Origin: Sphaeroforma arctica JP610
Lineage: Eukaryota
DNA length: 39,243 bases
Reading direction: 5' to 3'
Assembly: GCF_001186125.1 (NCBI RefSeq)
Contig: NW_014040532.1
Span: forward strand, 19,557 to 58,799
Shown here piece after piece: positions 35,709 through 39,243 of this stretch (position 1 is its first letter; each line of letters starts with the position of its first letter). The position numbers were made by a program, and so were the translations under genes. The notes beneath the pieces were generated by a model. The model made no database searches, was not told the origin of the DNA, and saw only the letters and a program-made list of their open reading frames with translations.

Positions 35709-37511
35709 CAGTGGATCATCATGCGGAGGATGCCAAAATTCCTGATCCTACCCCTGAGAAAACTGGAAATTGAGCTGATTTTGTGGAAGATTCTGATGAT
35801 TCCCAATCTGATACTTCAATTATTCTACCCAAGTCTATTGGGCTATTCCCAGTCTCTTCAGAAATGGGTTTACCGTGATTCTGATGATCGGCAGGGAACT
35901 TAAGGATTGAGGTGACAATTTTGTATGAGATGGATCTCTTCATGTCTGGACTCCAGAAAGTCCTGATTTGTACTACCGCGATCCTCACACGAAAGCTTAG
36001 AAATACTTTGCCATTCAACTTTCGTGTGAAAACAATTCCAGTACTAGTGTAGTCAAAACCGAGTTGCGCTTAGTCAAAAGTGTTAACCAAAGGACATGCA
36101 CACGTTCACATCAGGCACCCCAGCTTGTCAATCCAAGTCTGTTCCAACTTCCTCGTCAGCTCTTCTTCCATCAACTCATCGTCACTTTGCACATACGACT
36201 CATCGACCAAGTCATGAATGTGCATCACCTCAGTCTCCCCCGTTTTGGTGGTTGGTTGATCCGGCATAATATCACCGTCCACTAAATTAACACGAGGCCG
36301 AAAATTAGGACCCGAACCGTAAGTCCCGCGTGTCGATGTGCTTGCAGCCGATGTACGTTGAACTGTAGCCCCACCATTTTGTGGGCGGCTACTTGTGTTA
36401 GCCTGGACCGGTACTCGTTGTAAGTTAGACCAACAACTTGCATGTCCTGGTTCCGGCGGAATGTTTTGCTCACATGATCGACAACGATGCCGTGGGTTCG
36501 ACGTAGGTGGTGCAAGCGGGTTAGCGCGTGTATTCGCCTACGTACGCAAGTTTGAACGTGATCGCGAGTTCCCAGGAATTCGTTGAGGTCGCGAAAACTT
36601 GTTCTGGTGATTTTCTTCTGCTTTGTCAATGTTCACACGTAATACATCACGCATCTTCTCAGACAAGTAGTTTCGCCATTGTGGATGCATTCGAATGGTA
36701 TCCCGGTAGTAGACCCCACCTGCAGCTTGGTATATAAGATTAAGTATACCATTGTTGCGGTATGCCTGTGGGGGGTTCTCATACTGTCGCTTTTCCATGA
36801 ACTCTGCCTTGCGTTCAAAATCACGAATCTGAGTATTAAGCGGTACCGAAGGCGTCAGCTTCATGCACGCTAACACCGATTCTCCAGGTCTTATTCTTTG
36901 TACGTACAATAAAAGCAGTGGCATCCTCAAATGTCATAGACTGTAATTTTTGCTCGTTTTCCACAATAAAATCCAATAGCGCCTTAGGAGCCCCTTCATG
37001 CTGTAGATCTCGGTGTAAACCCATTTGCATGTGAATCGGTTCTAGCTTGTGGAATCGCGCATTCTTATGCCAGTCCAAGATAAACGCGTGTAATTGTATC
37101 TTCTGCGGATTGTCCAAATAATAGTTGCCCTGTGGGTTGGTCGGCCATTTCTTCGGTGTTCGTTTGTCGACCGTTATTGAACACGTCTTCAGAGTCTCAT
37201 ACGACGCCCGAGTTAGACCCTGTAGCGCACGCGCATCGTCCATGCGTCCGTCTGCTTCTGCATGCATCATCCGTTGTGTCAGTTGAAAAACTTGCATCTT
37301 CATCTCGGCCGCTGTCGATACAGTAATGCTAGGCTCCGTAGGTTCCAACCTTTCTGACGTTTCACCGCCTGTGGGTCTTCCAAGTAGCGGTCGTGATGAA
37401 CATGAAGGTGTTTGCGGTATGCAATTGTATCAATAGGGACATTTACCGCATCCTGAGAATTCTCCTGTAACTCTTCGGGTGAACGTGGGCGACGATGACG
37501 TTGCAACTTAT
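35709..37511 (-). mobile_element. Older minus-strand gag-protease remnant of an LTR retrotransposon
   Basis: Overlapping ORFs 37348-36836 and 36930-36538. Reading through one stop gives a zinc-knuckle-like CRSCEQNIPPEPGHASC, an acidic spacer, then protease-like SFRVRIAVVQIRTF(LESR). Cut at both ends by + strand LTRs. Confidence 0.65.
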
Positions 37512-39243
37512 TGTAGAAATACGGCCTCCGGCCAGTCTAAAATATCAAGATCAAATGAGATAACACATTGGGTTTTATTTGTATTTAAAATAATTCAATA
37601 CAAGTTCGTTTTCCAATATTTCCAAAGTGTTCTAAATTCACTTTGATGGCTCCAATAGCCTGAGTATTTGGTATGGCTCATTTACTTGGACCTATATAGC
37701 AGATGTAGGATAATAAAAACCAAATTTTATAATCTCTGAACTACTACTTACAGGTTTTGGTTTTCCCACCAATCTCCAAAATCCAATAAGTCTTTTTCTT
37801 TTTTAACTTTTCTTCAGATGGAACTTTATTTACATTAGCTAATGTATTAACTTGACTTATGTTCTCATGTCTATCTACAAATTAGACATGTGATCATGAA
37901 CACTTAGTACTTTTAGTGAAAATCATTCAATAAAGAACAGCTAGAGGTACGTCCAGTGTGATCGAGGATATTAAGGCTCTTACCAAGAGGCAGTCCCGAT
38001 CATTCTTACTCAAGCTACCACTGCTAAATCCTAACTGACTTAAATTGTATTTTAGTTTATAGAACATAGTTTAAAGCATAGAAATATCCATCGAAGTTTA
38101 CATATTTTACATATTTTTCAGTTATTTAGTAGTTACCGCAGTGTACTGCTCCTAGATTGTCCAACAATTGCTTACTATCCAGCGACAGGACTGTAAGTAG
38201 TCTATACTACCCCATAGTGGCTAATACTACCCTAAATGGTTAGTTACTCGCTAGTTACTATAACCAGACTTTATTAATTTTCTTATTCTTCAGCTATTAC
38301 TATGGCTAAAGGAAATTCTAAAGGCAAGGGAGCCGCCAGCTCTAAGCCTGATAAGCCTGTTGAGGTTCCTGAGGTTACTGGGGATGCTGGTCCGTCTGGT
38401 ACTGAGCCTGCCGTTGAAGCTGTAAAGGAAGCCGTTTCTGAGCTTGGTTCTGAGGAAAACTCTGAGAATGACTCGTCGGACCCTAAAGCCTTGGAAGTGG
38501 AGGTCTCAACTACCGCGGAAAGGATCGCCAGCGTCCGTGTGTCTCCTGGTAGTGCAGCCCAGGGCCTCAGCTCGCCATCTGACCGCGAAAAGTCAGATAT
38601 TGGAAAGGCTATATATCCTGAACAAGTGGAGGAATCGTCTCGAGATCGACGGTTTATTACTACTAAAAGTCAGCACAATCCACCTATTAACAAAGATGGT
38701 GGCGTTCCATTTCGTGGGATTTCATTAAATGCCTCGCCACTGAATGTTGGGGCGGAAGACGCAAATGTTGGGGACGCCATAACTCGACAACGAGTGTTTG
38801 GACCTTCTCAATCTCGACGCCATCTGAACCGCAAAGATGAGCTTTTAAGGAGCTAGCCGCTGCCGCAGCTTCTGACCCTTCGACCATATCCCACGTGGCC
38901 GATATTCTTCCTATACCGAAGAAAATAATATTCCAAGCCGGGTTTCAAATCTGGGGCGCACTGGTTAACCAGCCAGCAGGGTTACCACTGAGCCAGTTAC
39001 CGCTAGTGAAGCTGGTATAACCCCAAGATTCAATCTCTATAGCTCGGAAGTTACTATCGACCATCCTCTCGACAAACGTAACCCTGTCAGAGGCTATGAT
39101 CGTATATAAATCGATGAGGCTTACCACCCTCATAACATTGATCCTCATTTATCATCTGACCCTGGTCATCACGACTTTGGCAATCGCTACACCAGTACCT
39201 CACTAGAGTGTTCCCGCTCTAGCTCTGAGGATGAGGAAGTGAG
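37512..39243 (+). mobile_element. Element C: 5' LTR (37512 to ~38111) plus leader and gag-like ORF, running off the window
   Basis: Starts TGTAGAAATACGGCC, as does the TSD-flanked insertion at 3364. Candidate LTR end TTTACA at 38102 or 38111, followed by an ORF at 38302. Confidence 0.72.
38302..38856 (+). CDS. Gag-like N-terminal ORF of element C, probably frameshifted downstream
   Basis: 184-aa hydrophilic ORF MAKGNSKGKG... downstream of the LTR. Coding-like sequence continues in other frames to the window end. Confidence 0.55.
   Translation: MAKGNSKGKGAASSKPDKPVEVPEVTGDAGPSGTEPAVEAVKEAVSELGSEENSENDSSDPKALEVEVSTTAERIASVRVSPGSAAQGLSSPSDREKSDIGKAIYPEQVEESSRDRRFITTKSQHNPPINKDGGVPFRGISLNASPLNVGAEDANVGDAITRQRVFGPSQSRRHLNRKDELLRS

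Overview
Intron-containing eukaryotic genomic DNA with one N gap (3454-4227). The polyQ-rich gene, GT-AG introns and chromovirus-like retroelements suggest a unicellular opisthokont such as an ichthyosporean; that taxon is inference only. The centre holds one host gene on the minus strand (27402->16867, nine exons modelled by hand, about 2500 aa). It encodes three N-terminal C2H2 fingers closely resembling the fungal PacC/Rim101 DNA-binding domain, directly followed by a SAM domain and about 2300 aa of Q-rich/acidic low-complexity sequence. Two nests of decayed Ty3/Gypsy LTR retrotransposons flank it (about 2.7-11.7 kb and 33.0-39.2 kb). Their integrases end in an atypical chromodomain-like module plus a conserved unnamed tail, and they lack a canonical TGG primer-binding site. 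Nested insertions include one with a clean GAGC target-site duplication. Other elements are a ~600-bp foldback element, minisatellites, interstitial telomere-like tracts and many short 'stutter' duplications. No CRISPR array, tRNA or rRNA was found.
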